Assembly (NCBI GenBank): GCA_048887225.1
Contig: JBHLJY010000005.1
Coordinates: 64,001 to 128,000 of the forward strand
Length of the DNA stretch: 64,000 nt
Origin: Candidatus Hodarchaeota archaeon
GTDB lineage: Archaea; Asgardarchaeota; Lokiarchaeia; Sigyniarchaeales; SOKP01
Direction: 5' to 3'
In this document: positions 40,632 through 49,844 of the stretch, piece by piece
Layout of the letters: each line of letters opens with the position of its first letter
Numbering within the stretch: position 1 is the stretch's first letter
Notes under the pieces: model-generated
Told to the model about the DNA's origin: nothing
The model's database searches: none
What the model saw: the letters and a program-made list of their open reading frames with translations, nothing else
Program-made: the position numbers and the translations under genes

Positions 40632-41183
40632 GTGCTTATCAATTTGGAAGTTAGAGATTTAATGAAAAAAGCAGTTAATTTCCATGGACATTCTTGTCCT
40701 GGCGTTGCAATCGGCGTTTTAGTATCTAAATACATACTAGAACATGATAATGAATTTAGTACTGATGAAGAGCTAGTTGCAGTCGTAGAAAATGATAATT
40801 GTAGCGTTGATGCTATTCAAGCAATATTAGGAACAACCTTTGGGAAGGGCAATTTAATATATCTAGATTATGGTAAAAATAATTATACTTTTTATAACAG
40901 AACAAATAAAAAAGCTATAAAAATATCTTTAAAAAGTAGGAATTTTGGAGATCTTCCTTCATCTAAAGAAGAGCGAACAGAAGGAATATTAAGAATCAAA
41001 CCTGAAGATATATTCAGGATCCAAAAAGTGAAATTTAATCCACCTGAAAAAGCTAAAATATATGAATCAATCATCTGTGATGAATGTGGTGATCCTACAA
41101 TGATCACTAGAATAAAAGAGTATAAAGGAAAAAACCTATGTATTCCTTGTTATAAAAGGATTAAAAAAAGTAGGATTATTTAA
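40632..41183 (+). CDS. FmdE/FwdE family protein with C-terminal Zn finger
   Basis: FHGHSCPG, C.VDAIQ...G.T.GKGNL and CDECG...CIPC motifs. Confidence 0.9.
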   Translation: MLINLEVRDLMKKAVNFHGHSCPGVAIGVLVSKYILEHDNEFSTDEELVAVVENDNCSVDAIQAILGTTFGKGNLIYLDYGKNNYTFYNRTNKKAIKISLKSRNFGDLPSSKEERTEGILRIKPEDIFRIQKVKFNPPEKAKIYESIICDECGDPTMITRIKEYKGKNLCIPCYKRIKKSRII

Positions 41184-41264
41184 AAAATTGTTTTAAAGAA
41201 ATTTTTCGTATATTATGAATTAAAAATTTAATTTTTAAATTACCTAAATTAAAATGAATGTAAA

Positions 41265-42497
41265 ATGATTAAAACTATCGAAAAAGGACATACGCTGTTA
41301 GTAAAAGGGCCTACGAGGATAACTTTATTAGATGGAAAATTAGAAGTACTTGGAAAAACAATTCTTCCAGACAAAAGAAGTTCAAATTTGGATTTCTCAG
41401 AATTTGATGAAGATTACGTCATAATTATTCCTAGTGCTAATCATTACCCGTTATTTACGTTAGAAAAATCAAAACTAGAGATATATACATCTAACGAAAA
41501 AGAGAACCTTAAATTAATTAAGGAAAATTCGATATCTAACAGATGGATTGAAATTAAGAATGCCATTTTGGAAGAACTTAAAGAAAAAGAGGGAAAACCA
41601 TTAAAAATTATGGTTTTGGGAATAAGTAGTGGAAAAACAACAATAATTAAATATTTAGCTAATAGTTTCCTTAAAGAGGGATTTAAAGGAGGTTATCTTG
41701 ATTCTGATTTAGGACAACAGATAATGTATTTGCCAACTACTCTTAATATTGGAACAATTAAGGATTCGATTATTTCAGGCGAAGATATTGATTCAGAAAG
41801 CACAGTATTTATAGGAGCCACATTTCCAAAAGGAAATTATAAATTTATAGTGTCGCATTATTGTAAAAATTTAATTGGTGAGTATATAAGAAATCATATA
41901 GATACTAATTTTGTATTAATTGATACGGATGGCTGGATAAAGCAAGAAGCAGGTGTCATATATAAAAATTTTTTTATCGAAATGATAAATCCCGATATTT
42001 TAATCGTATTTCACGATGATACTATTAAAGAATTAAAAACTATTGTAAAAATCGCTAGGTTAAGAAAAGATAGAAAAATCTATTTAATTAAGGAAAATAA
42101 TAAATATTTTTACGAAAAGGATAAAGAAGAAAGAAGATTTTTGAGGCAAAGTCAATTTGCTAAGGTTTTAGAAGATTATAGAAAAATCTCTATTCCTTTG
42201 GAGGATATTAAATTTGTAAAGTCTGATTATAATACTGAGACTAACGAAATTCTTGAAAGAGAGATTGATGTTAGCGAATTAATTAAACTCCCTTATCACT
42301 ATGTAATAATTTCGTTGCTTGACAAGGATTCAAAATTGATAAAAATAGGACTACTCTTTGTTATAAATTTAGAAAAAAACTATATATTAATATTCTCTGA
42401 TTTATCTTATAAAGAGCAAATCAAAGTCAAAAAAATCTTACTGGGGAGTTTAAGGCTTAGTATAAAGGGAAATCATCAAGGTTATTTATATTTATAA
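41265..42497 (+). CDS. Clp1/Grc3/Nol9-like polynucleotide 5'-hydroxyl kinase
   Basis: TLLVKGP N-terminus, GISSGKTT P-loop, DSDLGQ, IDTDGWI and EERRFLR lid motif. Confidence 0.82.
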   Translation: MIKTIEKGHTLLVKGPTRITLLDGKLEVLGKTILPDKRSSNLDFSEFDEDYVIIIPSANHYPLFTLEKSKLEIYTSNEKENLKLIKENSISNRWIEIKNAILEELKEKEGKPLKIMVLGISSGKTTIIKYLANSFLKEGFKGGYLDSDLGQQIMYLPTTLNIGTIKDSIISGEDIDSESTVFIGATFPKGNYKFIVSHYCKNLIGEYIRNHIDTNFVLIDTDGWIKQEAGVIYKNFFIEMINPDILIVFHDDTIKELKTIVKIARLRKDRKIYLIKENNKYFYEKDKEERRFLRQSQFAKVLEDYRKISIPLEDIKFVKSDYNTETNEILEREIDVSELIKLPYHYVIISLLDKDSKLIKIGLLFVINLEKNYILIFSDLSYKEQIKVKKILLGSLRLSIKGNHQGYLYL

Positions 42498-42531
42498 GCT
42501 ATTTGTTAAAAAGAAATTATCTTGTGATTTT

Positions 42532-43974
42532 ATGGATGATAATAAGCTCTCTAAATTCGTGAAGCTGATGTCTAAAGAAATATCAGACTCAGATTTAGAT
42601 TTAGTTAATTTAGGAAAAACCTTAGGATTAGATCTAGTACTATTTGCTGATTTAAGAGCGTCTCAAGAGGATAATTTTGCTGATGCTGTTAGGCAAAAAG
42701 CTTTGAGGAAGATGAAAAGAGATAAAGATAACTACTTAAGCAACAACGATTTATTCTATGCTGGCAGTGTTGATTTTATGGTGTGTGATGAGCCAGGAGG
42801 AAAGAAATTTTTTCTTTTGGAGACTAATGGTGGTTCAAATCGCGGGCTTTCTATCCTCACAAAAAAACAACAAACTATTATATATAATGGATATTTTGAA
42901 GCTATTTCTCAAGCTATTAAAAAGAATAAGCGAGGAGATAACAAAGTACTTATTCTTGTTGGAGTTCCGATAGATGATGGTTTAATTCACGAAAAAGTAA
43001 TATTGATTGATTATTTAAGAAAAGAAATAAGAAAAAGAGAGCTTTCGGTAGACATATTTAATGTTAACAATTTTAAAGAGGAATTTGATGTTGACGTTGC
43101 GTTTTTAATTGCTGATTACAAGCAGTTATCCACATCTTTATCCTTTTCAGAAAATTGGTTCAAATTTAAAGATGTTTCTAAAATTAGCGTTCTTATAGGA
43201 GATGGTATTGCGCGTCGGTTTCAAAATGATGTGTTTGCTCAATTAATAAGAAAAGATTTTCGAAAAATTCATACAATTATCGTTAATCCTATTTATCGAG
43301 TTACGGATGATAAATCGCTAACTTATTTAGCAAGTTATTTTGCTAAGGACATCCTTAAAAAGTATAATTTAAAATATCTTCTATTTACAAAAGCTTATAA
43401 TGAGAGTGAATTAATAGAAAAATTGGGATATATCATAAAAAAATATAAAAAACCTTTTATAATTAAGCCTGATGGCGGTTCTGGGGGAGCAGGAGTCCTT
43501 CCGATATCTCCAGATGAAGATCCGTCCAATATTAAAAATCTAATAGAGGAGAGTAAGAAAGAATTTTTTGCGAAATTTATGAAAAATCGAGATCCTTTTC
43601 CATATACAATCCAAGAAATGGCTGATTTTTCGTTAATAGACTGGAAAGGGGGCAAACATACGTTCGATTTAAGGATTTATATGTCTCAGATAAATGGAAA
43701 AATTATCCCAATTGGGGGATTAGCAAGAATAGCAAGAGGCAGTTATCATGGAACTTTAGAAAAACAAGAATTTGTTGTAAATCTATCTGGATTTGATGGA
43801 GTCATAGAAGTTGAACGTGGACAAGGAGTTTCCAAAAATAATAGTAAGCTCTTGAATTTATCCATGGATGATTTTGTAAATATTTTTTGTATTGGATGTG
43901 TAATGTTTGTAAGCATGGCCAAAAATTTTCAAAAAATTATTGAGTTCTCAGATTGGGGCCAAATTATTGGTTAG
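42532..43974 (+). CDS. Circularly permuted ATP-grasp amide ligase
   Basis: Metal-binding D81...E97-x-N99 lies N-terminal to K261, IIK312PDGGSGGAGV, Q361E, FD379LR381 and GGLAR399...VVN417. Confidence 0.75.
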   Translation: MDDNKLSKFVKLMSKEISDSDLDLVNLGKTLGLDLVLFADLRASQEDNFADAVRQKALRKMKRDKDNYLSNNDLFYAGSVDFMVCDEPGGKKFFLLETNGGSNRGLSILTKKQQTIIYNGYFEAISQAIKKNKRGDNKVLILVGVPIDDGLIHEKVILIDYLRKEIRKRELSVDIFNVNNFKEEFDVDVAFLIADYKQLSTSLSFSENWFKFKDVSKISVLIGDGIARRFQNDVFAQLIRKDFRKIHTIIVNPIYRVTDDKSLTYLASYFAKDILKKYNLKYLLFTKAYNESELIEKLGYIIKKYKKPFIIKPDGGSGGAGVLPISPDEDPSNIKNLIEESKKEFFAKFMKNRDPFPYTIQEMADFSLIDWKGGKHTFDLRIYMSQINGKIIPIGGLARIARGSYHGTLEKQEFVVNLSGFDGVIEVERGQGVSKNNSKLLNLSMDDFVNIFCIGCVMFVSMAKNFQKIIEFSDWGQIIG

Positions 43975-43986
43975 AATTGAAAAATT

Positions 43987-45147
43987 ATGAAACTTGAAAC
44001 CTTAAAACACTTATTAAATATATCCAAAAGACGAGAGTTATTTGAAAAAATTTTAAATTTTTTAGAGTCCCTAAATAATTTAAATTATATAGTTTACGAG
44101 ATATTCAATATATCAGATGGAACTATCCCCATCATATATATTGGGAAGAATTTTGATGTTGATAAAGTTAAATATGTAAAAATCTTTGTTGGCGCTCAAC
44201 ATAATGAATATAATGGATTATTTGGTATTTTAGAATTTCTTAAAATGGTTCAAAATCAAAAAATCTCTGTAAATGAAATTTTGAAGGAAGACCAGATTTT
44301 AATTTTTTTTCCATTAATGAATCCTTACGGTTTCCTCAACCCTTCCATCCACAATAAATCTGGTTATTATTTAAAAGATGGGACGAATCTTAATAGATTC
44401 TGGCGTAGAACATTTGCTCCTGATTATAACAATTATAATGATGATCAAATTGAATATCCTATTCCAGAACATGCTAATATTGTGAAAAAAATACTTAAGA
44501 AATACTGGGAAAAAGAAGATATGCCCATTTATTTATTGGATTTTCATGAAACATCTCTTCTTGAAAGAATTCCAAAAGAATTGCGTAAAAACTTAATGAA
44601 AGAGTCTATCACCTATAAATTTGATCATTGGCTCAAAGAAGGTATTATACTAAATGTAATGGAGCTCTATCATATAAAATATTATGAAAAACCTCTATTT
44701 TTTAAATGCACCCCTTCTGCAAACCATAATCATATAAGCTTAAGTATTAAACAATTAGATACAGTTTTCGAAAAATTATTAGAATACATGACAACAAATA
44801 AGGACAAATTGCCTTTTTACTTTTGCCACAGCGAGAAAAGCAAGGATTATTGCGAGAATGTAGCAAAAAACGTTTATAATAAGTTAAAAGATAAACTTTG
44901 GGAAACTAAGTATGCTGCAGTAAAACATTTCCATGATCATGGATGTCTTGTAATGATGGGAGATGCTACATCCCGATCTAACGTATTTTCTATAGAACTA
45001 GAAAGTCAAAAGCAATTTTTTGATCTTTTTATTGAAATTGAAAAATCTCAAAACAACACAAATTATTTCGAAAAAAAATTAAAATCAATCAACTTAAGTA
45101 TTGAATTAGCTGTTGAATCGATTTTAACATTGATTAAAACATTTTGA
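43987..45147 (+). CDS. M14-family (carboxypeptidase/AstE-AspA-like) zinc peptidase
   Basis: GAQHNE, PLMNPYG, NLNR, LLDFHE and FSIE motifs in M14 order. Confidence 0.75.
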   Translation: MKLETLKHLLNISKRRELFEKILNFLESLNNLNYIVYEIFNISDGTIPIIYIGKNFDVDKVKYVKIFVGAQHNEYNGLFGILEFLKMVQNQKISVNEILKEDQILIFFPLMNPYGFLNPSIHNKSGYYLKDGTNLNRFWRRTFAPDYNNYNDDQIEYPIPEHANIVKKILKKYWEKEDMPIYLLDFHETSLLERIPKELRKNLMKESITYKFDHWLKEGIILNVMELYHIKYYEKPLFFKCTPSANHNHISLSIKQLDTVFEKLLEYMTTNKDKLPFYFCHSEKSKDYCENVAKNVYNKLKDKLWETKYAAVKHFHDHGCLVMMGDATSRSNVFSIELESQKQFFDLFIEIEKSQNNTNYFEKKLKSINLSIELAVESILTLIKTF

Positions 45148-46131
45148 TTATTCATTAAAAAATCTAAGAGTGGCTCCAACTAAGACTAATTCATTCTTTT
45201 TTTGCATATGCCCTCCTTTTGATAGAATTACTCGATTTTTATCGGAAGACTCTAAAATTATATAATTTTCTTTAAAATTTTTGAACGGAATTATCTTATC
45301 GTTTCTGGTGTGTATTAACAAAACTTTTTCTGAGAATCGTTTCCATTCAACTTCAGAGAGAGAGTTTCTTATATCTTTAATTACGATTGATGGAGATAAC
45401 TTCCGATTTTCTACATCATCAGGAGATAAATTAATACCTTTTATAAAATAGCTTAATTTAACTATTAGATTCGATTCTAATATATTTTTTTTATAATCTG
45501 ACATTGAAGAAATAGCAATTATTTTCTCAACATTTTTATTTGGAAAACCTCCGCATAACACAGTTAAGGCTCCAATACTTAAACCAACCGAATAAATCTT
45601 CATTTGGCTAAACTTATCGCTAGATTTTAACCACTCGATTATTCTAATATAATCATCTATTCGCTTTAAAAAATCGCTTCGATTACCTGCTTTTTTAGAT
45701 TCTCCAATCCCTCTCGCATCGTAAGCTAAAATTATATAACCATTATATGCTAAAGGAAAATAATAATATTGGAGGCTTTCTTTTCTGTCAGAAAAGCCAG
45801 GGCTAATAATTACTACAGCATTTTTTTTGTTTCTAGCCTTTTGATTTTTCGATTTTATTAAATCAGCATATAAATCTCCACCCTCAACTTTAATTTTTAC
45901 TTTTGAAATCTCGAGCTCTTTTAAATATAAATTTTCCCATCTATCAAAATATATATCTCTCCAACTAAAATAAATTTGAAAAGGTGTAAAAATGATTAAA
46001 AAAGTTGTAGTAGATAAAATTAAACAAGTCCAAAAAGTATTTCCCCAGGAAGCATTTATATGCCAAATAAACGCACTAATTAAAACATCAATGGCAATTA
46101 AAATGAAATACTTTTTAATTTTAGTTAGCAT
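45148..46131 (-). CDS. Membrane-anchored alpha/beta hydrolase
   Basis: Two N-terminal TM segments; PGF, YDARGIGES, GLSIG nucleophile elbow, D (NDKII) and H (GGH); ATG at 46131 avoids overlap with the upstream gene. Confidence 0.85.
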   Translation of the reverse strand: MLTKIKKYFILIAIDVLISAFIWHINASWGNTFWTCLILSTTTFLIIFTPFQIYFSWRDIYFDRWENLYLKELEISKVKIKVEGGDLYADLIKSKNQKARNKKNAVVIISPGFSDRKESLQYYYFPLAYNGYIILAYDARGIGESKKAGNRSDFLKRIDDYIRIIEWLKSSDKFSQMKIYSVGLSIGALTVLCGGFPNKNVEKIIAISSMSDYKKNILESNLIVKLSYFIKGINLSPDDVENRKLSPSIVIKDIRNSLSEVEWKRFSEKVLLIHTRNDKIIPFKNFKENYIILESSDKNRVILSKGGHMQKKNELVLVGATLRFFNE

Positions 46132-46141
46132 GCGAAATAAG

Positions 46142-46516
46142 TTATTTTTTCTTACTTTTTCCCGACCTTTTTCTTTCTGCTTCGGTCCAGGGCTTCTTTT
46201 TTGATTCTTTTCCAGGCGGACACCCAAAATCATCTCTAACTTTACATTCTGGCTTACTATCACTGCCTGGACAAGGTTCGCACTTAATTTTTCTCATCAT
46301 TTTTTCGACTTCATTAACTTCATAGCCAAATTCTTCATCTTCAGTCTCATCGACTAACATCTCATCTTCTATTTCACTAAGGTCGTAGATTAAATCTTCA
46401 GTTAAGTCATCTTTTTCATCGTATAAATCTAAAATTTCATCTCCATCTTCATCAATTTTACCTGAGGGGATTTCATCATTTTCTCTCTCTGCCAGTAGTT
46501 TCTTCTTTTTAGCCAT
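46142..46516 (-). CDS. Small hypothetical protein with acidic tract and 4-Cys motif
   Basis: 124 aa: basic N-terminus, Asp/Glu-rich centre, CEPC-x8-C-x7-C, basic C-terminus. Confidence 0.65.
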   Translation of the reverse strand: MAKKKKLLAERENDEIPSGKIDEDGDEILDLYDEKDDLTEDLIYDLSEIEDEMLVDETEDEEFGYEVNEVEKMMRKIKCEPCPGSDSKPECKVRDDFGCPPGKESKKKPWTEAERKRSGKSKKK

Positions 46517-46615
46517 TAATTATTCACTAATAGTTTTAATTGGATTAAATTTAAAATTTTTAATGTTCAAAATTAAAATTAAAATTTAGATTTTATGGTT
46601 TTTAAAGATTAAAAA

Positions 46616-47581
46616 TTATACCATACCTATCTCAGATTCTATAAGTCGTGTTATTCCGATATCGAAAAAGTTTTGGAAACTATTTAAATAATATTTAATT
46701 TTATTTCTAACTTGCTGCACTTCTATATTTGATTTCTCATGTACAATATTTTCGAGCATCATTCCTAATTTAATTAAATATCCTTGAAAGCTTGAAATTG
46801 AATCTAGATTTATATTATCATAATTTTTAATTAAATTAATTAACAAGCTTGGGATTTTAATTAAAATTTCTGAAAATTTTTTAATTATATCATTCGATAC
46901 GAGCTTCAAAGTTAAAGCCTCGTTAATAAAATCTCTAATATAGAGGAGAATAACCCTATCGCCAAGAAATCTAATTATGGGTATATTTCGATAACCTTTT
47001 GATATAGGATAGTCGCTAAGACCTGTAATAAGAATCCTTGTTCCTAAACTATATTTGCGTTCAATCTCTGCTAATAATAAATCACCATTTTTTTTAGTTA
47101 TCCCTTCAATGACATTTTTTATAATTCTTCTAAAGACTTCTGAGAGATCCATTAATATATCTTGAAACGGTTTGCTTGATGTGTCTAATAAGAAATTTAT
47201 GAAAAATTCTTGTCCTTCAGAATTATCTTTGAAATCAAAACCTATAGTTTCCCTTTCCAAATTAATTATGAGTTTGTAGATATCTTCTCTATTATCATCA
47301 TTGTATTTTATATAAATCTCGTCTACATTTAATTTAAAAGCAGATATTATAGCTTGTTTTATTAATTTAACAGGCCATTCATTTCCATCAATGTTGAATA
47401 TTGTCTTTTTTTCCTTATCAACTGTTCTTATAATAATTGATTTATCATCGATTGGATATAATGATATATCAGATTTCTCTTTCAGGTTAGCTTGGTTTGT
47501 CCATTCTTGTGGAAATGTCATTGCGTAAGAATTACCAAGCTTTATCACGCTTCTCACATATTTGTTTTTTAGTTCTTTCAT
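46616..47581 (-). CDS. AbrB-N / PhoU-like phosphate-uptake regulator family protein
   Basis: RSVIKLGNSYAMTFPQEW AbrB-like N-terminus followed by helical PhoU-like region. Confidence 0.75.
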   Translation of the reverse strand: MKELKNKYVRSVIKLGNSYAMTFPQEWTNQANLKEKSDISLYPIDDKSIIIRTVDKEKKTIFNIDGNEWPVKLIKQAIISAFKLNVDEIYIKYNDDNREDIYKLIINLERETIGFDFKDNSEGQEFFINFLLDTSSKPFQDILMDLSEVFRRIIKNVIEGITKKNGDLLLAEIERKYSLGTRILITGLSDYPISKGYRNIPIIRFLGDRVILLYIRDFINEALTLKLVSNDIIKKFSEILIKIPSLLINLIKNYDNINLDSISSFQGYLIKLGMMLENIVHEKSNIEVQQVRNKIKYYLNSFQNFFDIGITRLIESEIGMV

Positions 47582-47663
47582 TACAACACCAAATAAACAA
47601 AGTTATATTAATTATATATATGTTCTAGAATTATATCTTTCTTAAACATTTATATATTTATGT

Positions 47664-49721
47664 TTACAAATAAGAAGTAGAAAATTTTATTATATTCTCT
47701 ATTTCTATTTGGATTTTTTTATTTGCTTTTATTTTATTATATATATTTGTAATTTGGAGTAGTACTGATTTTAATTTTTCAAAAGGAAAGATTTTAAAAT
47801 TTGCCAAATTAAAACGAGGTGTTAAATATTTAATTTGAATATTAGGAAAATAGACTTCTGAATATAAAATATTAGATAAAATATTATAAGATTTATTCGA
47901 TTTCTCGTAGTTTTCTTCAAAGTATAATAAAAAAACTAACGAATTTGCTAATTTTTTAAAGAATTCTAAATGTATTTTAATATTTTTGATATCTATTTCT
48001 TTAAAAATCTTTAATTCTGATTTAATCATTTCATATTTCAATTGGGAAAGAAATTGAATAATTTTTCCTATATGATATAAAGAAACGGGAAGCTGGTTAG
48101 GCATTGGCAACCTTTTAATGAAACTTCCATTGAATCTTAAATAACCTCCTGACATATGTAAAGTGCTAAAAAGGCTTTTAAAAACTGTGTCTATCAATTT
48201 GGAATTTAAGATCGTCATAAGACAAATTAGTTTATTTATATCGATTGAGGGAATTCTAATGAAGTATAGTCCAGTGATGTTCGTCAAAACACCAAGATCA
48301 AATACACATGTCAAGTCCTTAGCGATTTCTCTAAATATTATTTTTTCACTGCTGAGGTCATCCCAAATGTCTTTAAAAGCGGGTTTATAATTGAAATATG
48401 AAACTTTTATATCTTTTTTAGCTATTTTTATTCGTTTTTTATATTTTAAATGATATTTTCCTACATTTCCAGTTCCAATTAGAAGTAGATCTTTTTTAGA
48501 TTTTCTTTTTTCACTAATATTATCAAAAAATTTACTGTATTTCAAAAACCCAAATGGTCGATAAATAATTTTTAAATCATTAAACGTCTCTGAAATTGTT
48601 TTAAATTTAGAATAGAGGTGACTAATTAATTCAATATTACCTGAAATTGGAATTACATTAGATGGAAGTTGATTAATTAATTTCTGAGAAAAAATAAAGA
48701 ATTCTGAAACATTAGATTTAATGATTTCCCCGATATCACTATAAGTTTTTATGATTATTTCATTAGAACCACTAGGAAATCTGTTTTTAAGAGAGAGGAT
48801 TACTGGATATGTTGCTGTTTTGTGAAAAACGGGTAATGAGGAAATATTGATAATCTCTCTAAGTTCTGTTTTATTTATTAATAAATCTCTTATTTTAATA
48901 CCGTAATCCGAAGATAAAAATTTATTAGGTAAAATAAATGAAATGTATCCTGTATTTTTTTTTAATATTTGTAAAGATTTTTCAATAAATAAAATCGAAA
49001 TGTCAAATAACCGATAAGCTGAGTAGAACTTATTGTATAATTGTTTTTTATATATTTTATTTTTTAATTTCTTATTTTCAATATAGGGGGGATTTCCAAT
49101 TATAAAATCAAAATAATTATCTTTATCAAATTCTAAAAGATAATCCAAATTATAAACATTAAGTTTGATATTGATGTGTTGAAAAATTTTCCCAATATCA
49201 TTTTTATTTAGGTTTTTTAAATCAGTTTCTATAGTATTTTGATATAATGTTTGATCTGATTGATCTGAATATATCCAATTCAGTAACTTTAATTTTGAGA
49301 TATAACATGAAGATTTATCAATGTCTATTCCATAAATATTATTTTGAATAATTTTCTTTTTTAAATCAAATTCTTTCAAACTTGGATTAATTTTCTTCCT
49401 TAAATTGAATAATAATTTTGCTACAGAAATTAAAAATCTTCCAGAACCACAAGAAGGATCTAAAACTTTAATATTTTCAATCTTCTTATTTATGATTTCC
49501 TTTAATTCGTCATTTCTAACTAAAAATTGAATTAAATTATGGATATCCAATTCTTTCGTAAAATACCCATATAATTGGAGTAAATCTTTGATGCAAATTT
49601 TAAATATACTTTTTACAATAAAATCAGCAATTTCATTTGGTGTATATATAACACCAAAATTTTTTTGATTTTTAAAGCTTTGATTCTCGAAATTATCTAT
49701 TAACTCATTTAAAAATTCCAT
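47664..49721 (-). CDS. N6-adenine DNA methyltransferase (Eco57I/TaqI-like, gamma class), apparently orphan
   Basis: GVIYTP, VLDPSCGSGRFL, IYGIDID, IIGNPPY and C-terminal TaqI-like TRD (EKIIFRE..., ILNSKL, GGYLRF). Confidence 0.88.
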   Translation of the reverse strand: MEFLNELIDNFENQSFKNQKNFGVIYTPNEIADFIVKSIFKICIKDLLQLYGYFTKELDIHNLIQFLVRNDELKEIINKKIENIKVLDPSCGSGRFLISVAKLLFNLRKKINPSLKEFDLKKKIIQNNIYGIDIDKSSCYISKLKLLNWIYSDQSDQTLYQNTIETDLKNLNKNDIGKIFQHINIKLNVYNLDYLLEFDKDNYFDFIIGNPPYIENKKLKNKIYKKQLYNKFYSAYRLFDISILFIEKSLQILKKNTGYISFILPNKFLSSDYGIKIRDLLINKTELREIINISSLPVFHKTATYPVILSLKNRFPSGSNEIIIKTYSDIGEIIKSNVSEFFIFSQKLINQLPSNVIPISGNIELISHLYSKFKTISETFNDLKIIYRPFGFLKYSKFFDNISEKRKSKKDLLLIGTGNVGKYHLKYKKRIKIAKKDIKVSYFNYKPAFKDIWDDLSSEKIIFREIAKDLTCVFDLGVLTNITGLYFIRIPSIDINKLICLMTILNSKLIDTVFKSLFSTLHMSGGYLRFNGSFIKRLPMPNQLPVSLYHIGKIIQFLSQLKYEMIKSELKIFKEIDIKNIKIHLEFFKKLANSLVFLLYFEENYEKSNKSYNILSNILYSEVYFPNIQIKYLTPRFNLANFKIFPFEKLKSVLLQITNIYNKIKANKKIQIEIENIIKFSTSYL

Positions 49722-49844
49722 TTTATAGATTATAATATTATCATTTTAAGTTTCTTACTTATAATATTATACAAAGATAGTTTTATAATTGTAGAAATAC
49801 TATTCCATTAAAATTGTCTAGTTTATATATAATAGGTATGCGTA

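Noticed and set aside
42532-43974. Calling the ATP-grasp protein a true tubulin-tyrosine-ligase ortholog
   Set aside because: TTL/TTLL enzymes are not circularly permuted; FDLR alone is insufficient and the GGLAR...VVN segment looks more like the COG2308 type. Only a functional analogy is claimed.
46132-46263. Long N-terminal extension of the alpha/beta hydrolase in the ORF track
   Set aside because: It overlaps the acidic-protein gene in another frame; ATG at 46131 gives a clean non-overlapping start.
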